From: Mobula hypostoma
Taxonomy: Eukaryota
DNA length: 64,000 nucleotides
NCBI RefSeq assembly: GCF_963921235.1
Contig: NC_086107.1
Coordinates: forward strand, 113,772,001-113,836,000
Reading direction: 5' to 3'
Below, in pieces: positions 1 through 11,699 of this stretch. Made by a program: the position numbers and the translations under genes. Numbering within the stretch: the first letter of the stretch is position 1; each line of letters starts with the position of its first letter. The notes beneath the pieces are model-generated. The model was not told the DNA's origin. It saw only the letters and a list, made by a program, of their open reading frames with translations, and did no database searches.

Positions 1-47
1 GAATCGTACGCTATCTACCTAGTTAGAAGAGACATGATGAGCTTGGA

Positions 48-226
48 TGCTGCACCGTGTGCCTGGACCTGCCCAAGGCCTCCGCCTAAGGAAGGGCCGA
101 GCTCGAAGAAGCAGCCGCGGCTGGAGGCCGACACGGCCTCAGGCTCGAGTTCGGCGGGGGTGGCGGCGGGCGGTGCCAAGGCGGCCAGCAAGAACAAACT
201 GGAGGAGAGGCTGTACTCGGTGCTGT
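48..226 (+). pseudogene. ZFTRAF1: Rearranged fragment of ZFTRAF1/CYHR1 coding sequence (retro-captured)
   Basis: 48-83 reads [12 protein letters not shown]. In another frame, 85-225 reads [47 protein letters not shown]. Vertebrate ZFTRAF1/CYHR1 contains the contiguous [25 protein letters not shown] (recalled). The segment is GC/CpG-rich relative to its flanks. Confidence 0.8.
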
Positions 227-315
227 CGCAAGATCGAAGAAGATGGAGGTGCATAGCCACCAACCCCAGAATCAGGACGGCACCCGCTGACTGACTGACT
301 GACTGACTGACTGAC
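226..315 (+). mobile_element. 3' end of an RTE-like LINE with (CTGA)n tail
   Basis: Reads QDRRRWRCIATNPRIRTAP, resembling the RTE ORF C-terminal A.DR..WR motif. It is followed directly by a (CTGA)n tail at about 287-315. Confidence 0.6.
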
Positions 316-729
316 ATACTTTGTTGATAAGTGTACTTTGCACTTTGAACTTTGAACCCTTTGGTCATGATAGGCCCATATCCCTCCACACCTTCTTATC
401 CACGTCTCTGTCTACCATTTCCTCTGGCAGTTCGTTCTATACACCCACCACCCTCTGTGTGAAAAACCTGTCCGTCACCTCATCTTCAAATATATCCCCT
501 CTCACGTTAAATCTATGCCTTCTAGAGTGAGGAATAGAGGGGAGAGTGGAGGGAAAAAATGTTTACTGGAAAACATTTCCGGTGAGAAAGAGACTGGAAG
601 GAGACTGATACCATTCACTTATCTCGGCAAGCATGGCCTTCTTCAGGAGTGTTAGCAAACAGAGTGTGATATGGAACAGCTTAATAACACACAACGTTGG
701 TTGATGGGGTGGGGCTTTGAGACGATGTG

Positions 730-1190
730 GAGGAGAAAGGCAAATATTTTGCAAGGGTGGTTTAAACTCTGGTTAGGCCACACCTGGAATATCGATTTCA
801 ATTCTGGTCTCTCCAGGAAGGACGTGAAGGCTTCACAGAGGGCACAGAAGAGGTTCACCAGGATGCTTCTTGGATTAGAGGACTTGAGCTGTAACGAGAA
901 GCTGGACGGAATCGAGTCAATTTCCCTGGAGTGACAGAGGCTGAGGAGAAATCCGACAGAGATTTAGAGAGGCTAGATGGAGTAGACAGCAGGAATATTT
1001 TTTCCCAAGGCCGAAATGTCTAATACTAAGAGGCGTGCATTTACGATGATGGTGGGTGAGCTCAGGGGGGATGAGAGGGGAATCTAAGGCAATGGGCAGG
1101 TGTGAGTAGATGGAACTAGGCAGGACATCAGGTCACATGGACTACGTAGGCCAAAGAGCCTGTTTCTGTGCTGCAGTGCTCTCTGACACC
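730..1190 (+). mobile_element. Degenerate CR1 LINE 3' fragment
   Basis: VKASQRAQKRFTRMLLGLEDLS motif, and the CR1-type 3' end GGCCAAAGAGCCTGTTTCTGTGCTG. Confidence 0.75.
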
Positions 1191-1574
1191 ACGAGAGGTG
1201 CAGAGTAGTGGGTGTCAGGAATGCACTGGCAGGGGTGGTGGTGAAGGCAGACAGAACAGAGACGTTTAAGAGGCTCCAAGTCACATGACTGTGCAGAGAA
1301 TGGGTGATGTGTAGGCAGCAGCGATTAGTTAAGCTAGTTTAATTAGTTCAGCACAGATTGTGGGCTGAATAGCCCTGCCTAAGCTGTACTGCTCTATGTT
1401 TTATATTTCATCATTTTGACTGTCCACTCGATAAAACCATGTCCATTCAAAGGTTGAAATGCAGTACCTGTTCTGGAAGTCTCAATGACGTGACGGACCC
1501 AGTGTAGCAGGGATGACAATGTTGGCCCGAGGAAAGACACTGACGTTGCTTTGCAGATCCAGCCACTGAATTTG

Positions 1575-1990
1575 GTAGCCTCCAACCTAATGGCATAAAT
1601 ATAAATTTCTTTTTCTGGTAAACATTCTTTCCCTCCCCCTCCCCTCTTCTTCTATTCCTCACTCTAGCCTTTTACCTTTTCTCAGCTGCCTTTCACCTGC
1701 CTCTGGGTTCCCTCCTCCTTCCCTCTCTCCTACTGTCCGCTCACCTCTCCTGTCAGGTTCCTTCTTCTCCAGCCCTTGACCTTTCCCGCCCATCACCTTC
1801 CAGCTATCTTCGATCCCCTCTCCACCAACTTATTTATTCCGGGGCCTTCCCCCTTCCTTCTCGGTCCTGAAGAAGGGACTCGGCCCAAAATGTTGACTGC
1901 TTATTCATTTCCGTAGATTATTCATTGCCTGACCTGCTGAGTTCCTCCGGCATTTTGTGAGTGTTGCTCAGGATTCCAAGCATCTGCCAA
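1575..1990 (+). mobile_element. Penelope-like derived repeat with hammerhead-like motif
   Basis: GGTAGCCTCCAACCT (GSLQP-type endonuclease C-terminus), then a pyrimidine-rich body, CTGAAGAAGGGACTCGGCCC at about 1867 and GCCTGACCTGCTGAGTTCCTCC. The same family recurs throughout the window. Confidence 0.65.
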
Positions 1991-2521
1991 CACACTTTTC
2001 GTCCCTCTTCCCTCCGGGAGAAGGCTCAGGAGCTTGAAGACTCGTACGGCCAAATTTGGGAACAGCTTCTTTCCAACTGTGATAAGACTGCTGAACGGAT
2101 CCTGACCCGGATCTGGGCCGTACCCTCCAAATATCCGGACCTGCCTCTCGGTTTTTTTGCACTACCTTACTTCCTATTTTTCTATTTTCTATTTATGATT
2201 TATAATTTAAAATGTTAATATGTAGTAATTTTAACTATTTTTAATATTTAATATTTGTAATCCAGGGAGTGTGAAGCGCAGAATCAAATATCGCTGTGAT
2301 GATTGTACGTTCTAGTACCAATTGTTTGGCGACAATAAAGTATAAAGTATAAAATATTTTCTTGTATTTATGATTTTCTACATTCTGTTACTGCCTTTCA
2401 AAACCTTAAGGGTGGTTTTCAAGACAAAGTTTTTCCCTGTATCTCTGCACTTGTGAAAATAATCAACCAGTTACATTTATCAAGGCTTTCCATCACCAGC
2501 AAGTCTTTCTCCTCCCTTCAG

Positions 2522-2659
2522 GCCGCCTTCTGGACATCTTGCGTTCCCGTGGTAAGCTTGGTTACCAAGCCTTCCTCGACTGCCTAGAACTTTACTACGC
2601 TGAACTGTACAAGTTAATCACAGGCAAGGAACCAACCAGATGTTGTTCGGTGCTAGTTG
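2522..2659 (+). CDS. CARD10: CARMA-family gene, window exon 1 (second half of CARD domain)
   Basis: cccttcag|...|gtaagt, 138 nt, phase 1-1. [46 protein letters not shown] matches the CARD10/CARD11 CARD domain. Paralogue assignment is moderately certain. Confidence 0.93.
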
Positions 2660-3171
2660 GTAAGTTAACCACTGCTTACCGTTAAGTATTCATCACTGTC
2701 TAGTGAGCCAGTTATTAAACTTACACCAAAATGCATTTGTTCAGACTGATGATGTTTGTTTGTGGAGTTATTGATCTTCCCCTGGACTGACGTTTGCTCA
2801 GCTCGATCAGTGGAGGGAAATTGGTCATGACCTTGTTCCGTGTGGTGGAGAATGGGCATTTTGCGATGGAAGAGATCGGCTTTCTTTTTCACATTTGCAT
2901 CAAACATTGGAGCATACTGTGAAATGCGTTGCTTGCGTCAGATCGAGTCAGAGGATGGTGCTGAGTGGCACATAAGTGTTGCCATGTACGCAGTACGAGC
3001 ATAGCACGTCCACAACTCACTAGCCCTAACCGTACGTCTTTGGAATGTTGGAGGAAACCAGAGCACCCAGAGGAAACCCATGCGGTAATGGAGAGAAAGT
3101 ACAGACTCCTTACAGTTAGCGACAGCAATTGAGCTCTAATTGGTCATTGCTGGCACTGTAAAGCGATGCGC

Positions 3172-4185
3172 TGTTGGATCCCTGTTTATTTTCTGATCCT
3201 TAGGATTCTTCCGGAGTCAGGAACGATGGGCAATCTTAATTCTAATGGTTGTTTATTTTAGAGTACAAACAAACATGCAAATAGTGAGGAAACTAAATGA
3301 GGAGCTGAGAAAGAAAGCTAAGAGGTAAATGAACAACAAAGAATATAGGGTGGTATCTCTGAAAAATCTATCACTTTTATCGTTGAGATAAGAAATTCCT
3401 TGAATAGAAATAAACTAGTTAATAGGTTACATAATTAAAACAATTACATCCCGTGGGTAATGTGTTAATACTTAGCCAATGAGAATTGACAAAGGTGAAG
3501 AAAAGTTAGTTTAGCTGCTATACCGCTTTCTGCCAGTGAGTGGGGATGAACCACCACATACAGTGAAAAATACATGAGTTTGTTAAAAAATACAAAGCTT
3601 ATAAAAAGTGAAAAAGGCATGAGTGCTTTCCCAGTGTATATGACAAATAAATGCACCTTGGGCTTCCAACCGGCTACAGGTATCGATTATAACCGAGGTT
3701 TCGATGACAAACTCTGCCACCTTCTTCAGGGAAGATGCTTGGGCATATCTAGTCTGGTGGTATTTGTGCCCCTGTAGTCCATCCCTCCTGATTGGTTAGT
3801 CCTCATCCAATCAGGCAGCAAGACTACTGTGCTGCGCCAATGGCTTTTGGGACCGCCTGGTAAAGGAAGCCATTGAAATAAAACTAAAGAAAAAGAATTT
3901 TTACAAAGACAAGGTCTCGCTCTAAGTAAGAACTGGAATTCAATTGTAAGCAAGGTAGGAGAGCAGAAACCTGATTGAATGAGGACTAACCAATCAGGAG
4001 GGACGGACTACGGGGGTATAAATACCACCGGACTAGACATGCCCTGACACCATCCCTGAAGAAGATGGCACAGTTTGCCATCGAAAAATCAGTTAGAATT
4101 GATACTTGAACCTGGCTGAAAGCCCGAGAAGAGTTTATTTACCCTTATAAAAATTATTATTTTAAAAAAACAATGGTTATCAACA
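3172..4185. mobile_element. Solo LTR-like element inserted in a SINE, itself interrupted by a Penelope-like element
   Basis: TGTTG...CAACA termini, flanked by GCGC and GCAC (4-bp TSD with one CpG-type change). Removing it rejoins the SINE sequence GCACTGTAAAGCGATGCGCTAACCGCTACAC. Confidence 0.6.
3660..4140 (+). mobile_element. 5'-truncated Penelope-like element with inverted pseudo-LTR
   Basis: 3660-3815 is an inverted copy of 3970-4125. The middle reads LLCCANGFWDRLVKEAIEIKL, a GIY-YIG C-terminal R.KEAIEI motif. Both arms carry hammerhead cores. Confidence 0.75.
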
Positions 4186-4546
4186 GCACTAACCGCTACA
4201 CTATCACGCCACCAGCATGTTGTTTATAGAAAATTTAAAAAATGCTGCAAAAACTGAGCAGTTGATGCCACATCTGTCCAAAGAGAAACAGAGTTAAAGT
4301 TTCATATTGACTAATTTCAATTAGCTTAGTAAATGTAGGTGGAAGGGTTTCAGCCCGAAACGTCAACTGTACTCTTCTCCATAGACTCTGCCTGGCCTGC
4401 TGAGTTCCTCCAGCATTTTGTGGGTGTTGCTCGGACCTCCAGCGTCTGCAGATTTTCTCTCGTTTGTGTCCAGATTACTACTGATGGCTAACACGGGAGA
4501 GCGTAATGTTAAGATGATTGGAGGAAAATAACCACCAAGAAGACTA

Positions 4547-4690
4547 CAACCTTGTCATAGGGTTTGAAGGATCACATGCCTTGATGACCCGGAGAGCCTT
4601 GTTGGTTGGAGTCAGGGCCTTGGGCTTTGGCTCTTGGTAGGGTCACCCATGCCAAACTGGTCAAAAGGTAGAGGCCAGACTAAGAGTGGT
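4547..4690 (+). mobile_element. Fragment of non-autonomous RTE-derived repeat
   Basis: GGTAGGGTCACCCATGCCAAAC...GGCCAGACTAAGAGTGG is shared with 24710-25125 (-) and 49520-49810 (+). Confidence 0.55.
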
Positions 4691-5051
4691 ATTTGTTGTC
4701 TTTGGGGCTTGCAGTACAGTGCAATACGTATCATAGGAAAAAATGTGAATTACCCTAAATATATATCTATTAAATAGTTCAATTAAATAAGTAGTGCAAA
4801 AATAGAAATAAAGAAGTAATGAGGTATGTTCATAGGTTTAATGTTCATTCAGAATTCGTTTGGCAGAGGGGAAGAAGCTGTTACTGAATCACTGAGTGTG
4901 TGTCTTCAGACTCCTGTAACTCCTCCCTGATGGTAGCAATGAGAAGAGGGCATGACCTGGGTGATGGGGGCCCTTAATGATGGATGCCGCCTTTTTGAGG
5001 CATTGCTCCTGGAAGATGTCCTGGATACTATGGAGACTGGTGTCCATGATG

Positions 5052-5929
5052 GACTTGTCATCTTCAGAAGTTTTCGGATGACTCTGCCATAGTTGGATGC
5101 ATCAGCAAGGGAGATGAGGCTGAGTACAGGGCTACGGTAGGAAACTTTGTCACATGGTGTGAGCAGAATTATCTGCAGCTTAATGTGAAAAAGACTAAGG
5201 AGCTGGTGGTAGACCTGAGGAGAGCTAAGGTACAGGTGACCCTGTTTCCATCCAGGGGGTCAGTGTGGACATGGTGGAGGATTACAAATACCTGGGGATA
5301 CGAATTGACAATAAACTGGACTGGTCAAAGAACACTGAGGCTGTCTACAAGAAGGGTCAGAGCCATCTCTATTTCCTGAGGAGACTGAGGTCCTTTATCA
5401 TCTGCCGGACGATGCTGAGGATGTTCTACGAGTCTGTGGTGGCCAGTGCTATCATGTTTGCTGTTGTGTGCTGAGACAGCAGGCTGAGGGTAGCAGACAC
5501 CAACAGAATCAACAAACTCATTTGTAAGACCAGTGATGTTGTGGGGATGGAACTGGACCCTCTGACGGTGGTGTCTGAAAAGAGGATGCTGTCCAAGTTG
5601 CATGCCATCTTGGACAATGTCTCCCATCCACTACATAATGGACTGGCTGGGCACAGGAGTATATTCAGCCAGAGACTCATTCCACCGAGATGCAGCACAG
5701 AGCGTCATAGGAAGTCATTCCTGCCTGTGGCCATCAAACTTTACAACTCCTCCCTTGGAGGGTCAGACACCCTGAGCCAATAGGCTGGTCCTGGACTTAT
5801 TTCATAATTTACTGGCATAACTTACATTTTACTATTTAACTATTTATGGTTTTATTACTATTTATTATTTATGGTGCAACTGTAATGAAAACCAGTTTCC
5901 CCCGGGATCAATAAAGTATGACTATGACT
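5052..5929 (+). mobile_element. Rex1/Babar-like non-LTR retrotransposon, 5'-truncated
   Basis: KFSDDSAIVG...LNVKKTKELVVD...YKYLGIRIDNKLDWSKNT...LYFLRRLRSF reverse transcriptase C-terminus, with frameshift and stop. Ends AATAAAGTATGACTATGAC. Confidence 0.85.
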
Positions 5930-6099
5930 AAGTTTACAACTCTCTGCAGCTTGTTTTGATCCTGTGCAGCAGCCCTCCAGCCCCTCACCTGACACCAGAC
6001 GGTGATGTAGGCAGCTGGAATGCTCTCTGTGGTACATCTGGACAAACTTCTGAATATCTTTGGTGTTGTACCAAGTCTCCTAACCCTAAAAGTTGATCT

Positions 6100-6750
6100 A
6101 AAACTTTCAGATCCCTGAAAGTTGCCTCACAGGTGGATAGGGTAGTTACGAAAGCTTATGGGGTGTTAGCTTTCATAAGTCGAGGGATAGAGTTTAAGAG
6201 TCGCGATGTAATGACGCAGCTCTATAAATCTCTGGTTAGGCCACACTTGGAGTACTGTGTCCAGTTCTGGTCGCCTCACTCTAGGAAGGATGTGGAAGCA
6301 TTGGAAAGGGTACAGAGGAGTTTTACCAGGATGCTGCCTGGTTTAGAGAGTATGCATTATGATCAGAGATTAAGGGAGCTAAGGCTTTACTCTTTGGAGA
6401 GAAGGAGGATGAGAGGAGACATGATAGAGGTGTACAAGATAATAAGAGGAATAGATAGAGTGGATAGCCAGCGCCTCTTCCCCAGGGCACCACTGCTCAA
6501 TACAAGAGGACATGGCTTTAAGGTAAAGGGTGGGAAGTTCAAGGGGGATATTAGAGGAAGGTTTTTTACTCAGAGAGTGGTTGGTGCGTGGAATGCACTG
6601 CCTGAGTCAGTGGTGGAGGCAGATACACTAGTGAAATTTAAGAGACTACTAGACAGGTAGATGGAGGAATTTAAGGTGAGGGCTTATATGGGAGGCAGGG
6701 TTTGAGGGTCAGCACAACATTGTGAGCCAAAGGGCCTGTACTGTTCTATG
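6100..6750 (+). mobile_element. Young CR1 LINE 3' fragment
   Basis: 175-aa ORF containing LYKSLVRPHLEYCVQFWSP...LERRRMRGDMIEVYKI...FFTQRVVGAWNALP. Confidence 0.9.
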
Positions 6751-7625
6751 TTCCTCAAACTCCTGATGAAATATAGCCACTGTTGTGCCTTCTTTGCAGC
6801 TGCATCAATAAGTTTGGTCCAGGGTAGATCCTCAGAGATGTTGACACCCAGGAAATTGAAGCTGCTCACTCTTATCATGAAAGCAGCAATGAAGGATCCT
6901 GTTACATCTGTGTGTGATGGTACAGAGATGGAGGGCTTTCAATGCTGTCCTAAGTGCCAGTGGTTTAACGGGCAGTAAGTAAGGAAGAAGTATCATCGTA
7001 AATCTTTTACACAGAGATTGGTGGATATGTGGAACATACTGCCTCCACGGATGCTGCCTGACCCCCTGAGTCCCTGTCAGGGCAACACGATCGTTAAAGA
7101 TAATGAGGTTGGCTTGATTTACCGCTCGAGGAGTAAAAATATTTATGTTACCACGTACATCAAAACATACAGAAAAACGTGTTGTTTGCATCAAATCAAA
7201 TCAGCGAGCATTGTGCTTGGCAGCCAACAAGAATCGCCAAGCTACCAGCGGGCCCACATAGCGTGCCCGCAACTCAGAGCTCACTAACCCTAACCCGCGC
7301 ATCTTTGGAGAGTGTGAGCAATCCGACCCCGGGTGCAAATCTTGCTGTTCTTGATAAAGAGTTTGTACGTTCTCCCCTTGACAGTTTGTGTTTTCTCCGG
7401 GTGCCCCAGTTTCCTCCCACATGCCAAAGGTGTACCAGTAAGTATAGTATTTGGTCAGATGGGTACGGTTGGGGGGCTCTGTCTCGTTGGGCTGGCAGGG
7501 CCTGGGACTGTGCCCTATCTCTGAAATTAAAAATTAAAATTCAGCCCAACTACTGCATGCCACAATCTTCACTAAAGGTGTAACATTATTGAATGGCATT
7601 TGTCTCCTGTGTTCTCTCCTTGTAG

Positions 7626-7951
7626 TGGAGGAGGGTTACGAGGGACTGACTCAGTTCCTGATGTGTGAGGCCGTGAAGGTTCAGAAGCAGCTGAAGGACC
7701 GCGATGTGGAGATCCACAAGCTCCAGAGCAAGTGCGAGGAGCTGCAGGAGGCCAACAAGCAGCTCGGCCACCAGGCCCAGGCACTGAGGGGCTTTGAGCA
7801 GCGCTACAGCAAGCTAAAGGAAGAGTTCAAGGCCTTCAACAACCAACTCAACAAGCTGAGGGAGGACAGCTACCTGCTGGCAATGAAGCACGCCCAGCTC
7901 CACGAAGAGAAGAACATTGTGGCGATGAGGAACCGAGACCTGCAGCTCGAG
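7626..7951 (+). CDS. CARD10: CARMA-family gene, exon 2 (latch and coiled coil)
   Basis: ccttgtag|...|gtgagg, 326 nt, phase 1-0. VEEGYEGLTQFLMCEAVKVQKQL...LAMKHAQLHEEKNIVAMRNRDLQLE. Confidence 0.95.
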
Positions 7952-8074
7952 GTGAGGTACCAGGCTGCCAGAGAGGGAGTTTGATCCATGTCCCTATTAA
8001 TGAGCTAGTGTTTGACCCACCCTCCCAACATATGGGAAAGGCTTGCACTGCAGTAATACCTGTCTGCGTGTGAA

Positions 8075-8162
8075 TCAGTGTGTGTCTGTGTGTTACTGTG
8101 AGTGTGTGTGAGTGTGTGTGTGTGTGTGTGAGTGTGTGAGTGTGTGTGTGTGTGTGTGTGAA

Positions 8163-8194
<32 letters not shown>

Positions 8195-8209
8195 TGTGTG
8201 TGTGTGTGA

Positions 8210-8244
<35 letters not shown>

Positions 8245-8262
8245 TGTGTGTGTGTGTGTGTG
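8075..8262. repeat. (TG)n microsatellite
   Basis: Long interrupted TG run. Confidence 0.95.
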
Positions 8263-8697
8263 AAGTTCAAGTTCAAGTTTAATCGTCATGCACACCCATG
8301 AATTCAGCCAAACAAAGCAGTGTTCTTCCGGGTCCAGGGTTCAACACACGGTCCCCGTAATCACTCAGCACAAGGCGCACAGAGCACCTACACGTAGTGT
8401 TACGTACCCCGTAACTGGGTTGCCAAACCAGCAGAAATGGAACACTCGTTGGAATCTGTGATTACTAGGAACTAATAAAGTTTTATTAAAGAAATAGGTA
8501 ATACAGTACACTAACGGCAAGGATATAAATGTAACAGGTTAGCAATGATAGTATACACATATACACAGAAATAGGGTAATAGGAATCAACCAAGCTCTAT
8601 CGCAGCCTAGGGGTAAAATGATCAGTCTTAAGCGAAGCAGAGTTCAGTTCAGTCTAGTGTAGTTCGAAGTAATCGCTGTTGTTGTACCGTTGGGGGG

Positions 8698-8732
<35 letters not shown>

Positions 8733-9336
8733 AGATGCAGTTGGTTTCGGGCAAACCTTTCGATGCCTTCTGATCCTGTTGTGGCCATCAACTGTGACCC
8801 CTCTGTTCTGGATGCGATCATTCTTCCATTGTGAACCCGGAACCCAGGCAAGGGCAGACACACATCAGGTTCACACCCATCGTACCTTTATACCCTGTGA
8901 GTCTCTGACCGATTCCCGCGAATTGGTCCTCCAAACTCCCACCAACTTGTGGGGCACACTGCTCTTTCCAGGGTCTCATGGCGTGTGTGTTGTGCCTTAG
9001 CAAACTCGCTATTTTTATCCCCCTGATGGGGTATCACCTGTCCATTAAACTTCAAACAGTTCAGGTTCAAAGCAAACGGTCTGTGGCAAACGTCTCTTTC
9101 TCGTTAATCTCTCTCTTCTCTCTTATTAGCATTTTGAATGTTTCTCCATTGTCTTTCGTTATCTCTCTCATTAGCATCATCCGTTCTGCAGCTCTGCTTG
9201 GCTTCACACATGACACCCCCACCCTTAAAAGGATTTTTGCCAGGGTAAAAATTTTGGGCATGAATGCACATTATAAGATACACACTAATATACAGGTAGT
9301 CATCAGCTATTCAGCTAATACAGAGAACTTTAAGTT

Positions 9337-11593
9337 TTAACACCTGGACAGACAATCAGCAATCACATTGTCGGTTCCTTTTATATGTTTTATCTTTATA
9401 TCAAATTCCTGTAAGACCAGGCTCCAACTTAACAAGCGTTTGTTTTTATCCTTCATTGTGGCCAAAAGCACTAATGGATTGTGATCAGTGTAAATTATCA
9501 GTGGTTTCTGTGCCAGACAAATATAAACCTCAAAATGTTGCAATGCCAGTACGATTGCCAGTAATTCCTTCTCCACAGTGGAATAATTTCTCTGATGGAC
9601 ATGAAACTTCTTAGAAAAATAAGCCACTGGGTGTTCAATTTCCTCTTTGTCTGTCTGCAACAGCACCGCCCCGGCCGCTTCGTCGCTAGCATCTGTTGCT
9701 AAGGAGAAGGGTTTTGAAAAGTCAGGCGCATTCAATGCAGGGTGACACAGAATTGCCTTCAGACTCTCGAAGGCTTGTTGACAAAGGTGGTTCCACACAA
9801 ACTTCTCATTCTTCGGCAAGAGCTTAGTAAGAGGGAGGGTAATATCCACAAAGTTTTTGCAAAACTTCCGATACTACCCCACCATCCACAAAAACCTTCT
9901 CAGGGCCCTCTTGTCCGTTGGAATGGGAACTTCAGAGATAGCCCGCACCTTAGCCTGCATTGGTGCCAGCTGCCCCTGTCCTACCACATACCCCAGATAT
10001 GTGACCTTAGTGTGGCCGAACTCACTTTTCGTGAGGTTCACTGTCAGGTTGGCTTCAGACAGCCATTTAAACAGTTCCTCTACTGCCACAATGTGCTCCT
10101 CCCACTAAATCGTCAATATATGCTTCTGTGTGCTTTAACCCTTTTATTACTGAACTAATCATCCTTTGGAAGGTCCCTGGGGCGTTCTTCATGCCAAAGG
10201 GTAAAACATTATACCCATATAACCCGGATGGAGTGACAAATGCTGAGATTTCTCTAGCCCGGTCGGTTAAAGGAACACACCAGTACCCTTTCAGCAAATC
10301 GATCTTTGTGATGTACTTAGCTCTCCCCACTTTATCGATGCAATCGTCTACCCTTGGGATGGGGTAAGCATCAGTTTTTGTGATGGCGTTCACCTTTCTG
10401 TAATCTGTACAGAATCGTATGCTCCCATCGTGTTTCGGGACAACCACACAGGGGGACGCCCATTTCGATTTGGATGGCCTAAGAATACCTGTGGCTATCA
10501 TGTGTTCAGTTTCTTTCTCCACTAGCTTGCCCTTCTCCAAGTTCACCTTATAGGGGTGTTGCTTAATAGGCTGATCTGATGTAACGACAACATCATGTAC
10601 CGTCCCCTTGCATCGCCTCGGGACATCCGGACATACATCTGCATGCCAGTTAATTAGCTTTATCAGCGGCTCGCTCTGTTCAGGGGTTAAGTGAGAGACC
10701 TTATCAGCAAAGTTGGCCAAAACAATAGAGTTCTCCAATCTGGTCGGCATCATATTTATCTTTTCAAGATGGGTTTTCCCCTTATCATTTGGCACCCCAG
10801 CCTCATTTATTTTTGTGATAACACCGACTAGATCTGCTTTCTTATCGTGGTAAGCTTTTAACATATTAATGTGTACTAATTGTGTCGGCTTACATCTGTC
10901 CGGCGTTTCAATAACATAATTCAAAGAGTCTATCTTTTTAATCACTTTGTACGGACCGTGGAAACTCGCCTGGAGGAGGTTGGTTACCACTGGAAACAGA
11001 ACTAAGACCCTATCGCCCACTTGAAACACTTGTTCACGTTCCTGTGCCTGTATAAATTCCTTCCACGCTAATGATAAATCTACCTCAACTCCCTCACTTC
11101 CTTCTGCTCCACTATGCTCCTTCTTCCCACTTTCTAACCCCTCCTGGTACAAGGCTGGTAAAATCATCTCAGCTAAATCTACATTTGCTTCGGCAGCCTT
11201 TCTGGACATGAGCCGAGTCACTGCGCAAACGGGATAAACCTGTGAGTCCATGGGCGGGGCCTCAGTCCTGGCAGGCTTGCTCGTCAGCTTTACTGCTGGG
11301 TACACATCTCCACCTGCAATGTCGTTACCGAGTAAGACCTCCACGTCTTCCATCGGTAGTTCGGGCCTCACCCCTATCGTGACCGGTCCGGAGACCAAGT
11401 CGCTTTTTAGGTGTATCTGGTGCAAAGGTACTGCTTCAGTCCCTTTCCCAATGCCTTTTATCACACTAACCTCCCAAGTCTCGGTCTCTGAACTAAAGTC
11501 TAACACCCTCCTTAAGATCAATGACTGACAAGCCCCAGTGTCTCTCCAGATCCGTACAGGAACTGGGTTTGACTCTTCCTTCACTGACACCAA
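9337..11593 (-). pseudogene. Disrupted pol of the LTR element (protease, integrase C-terminal GPY remnant, RT, RNase H)
   Basis: Protease RDTGACQSLI; FHGPYKVIKK...VHINMLKAY; RT RFCTDYRKVN...KIDLLKGYW...YIDD; RNase H LATDASD...YSTVEKELLA...TDHNPL. Split by frameshifts into three ORFs. Confidence 0.9.
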
Positions 11594-11699
11594 TCCGGCT
11601 GAAATAAACTTCTCACGCCCTTCCTGAACTTTATCAGACCTCTTCTCCCCTAGTGGTTTGTTTGTCTGCTTAATACAGCCAGTCGGAGTCGTTGTTTTC

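Noticed and set aside
34..294. 86-aa ORF as an upstream CARD exon or an intact gene
   Set aside because: It has no CARD similarity and is a chimera of ZFTRAF1 pieces and a LINE tail.
7848..8295. His/Thr-repeat ORFs (similarly the IPIPI ORF at 14412 and the SLSLSR ORFs near 30900)
   Set aside because: They are translations of microsatellites.
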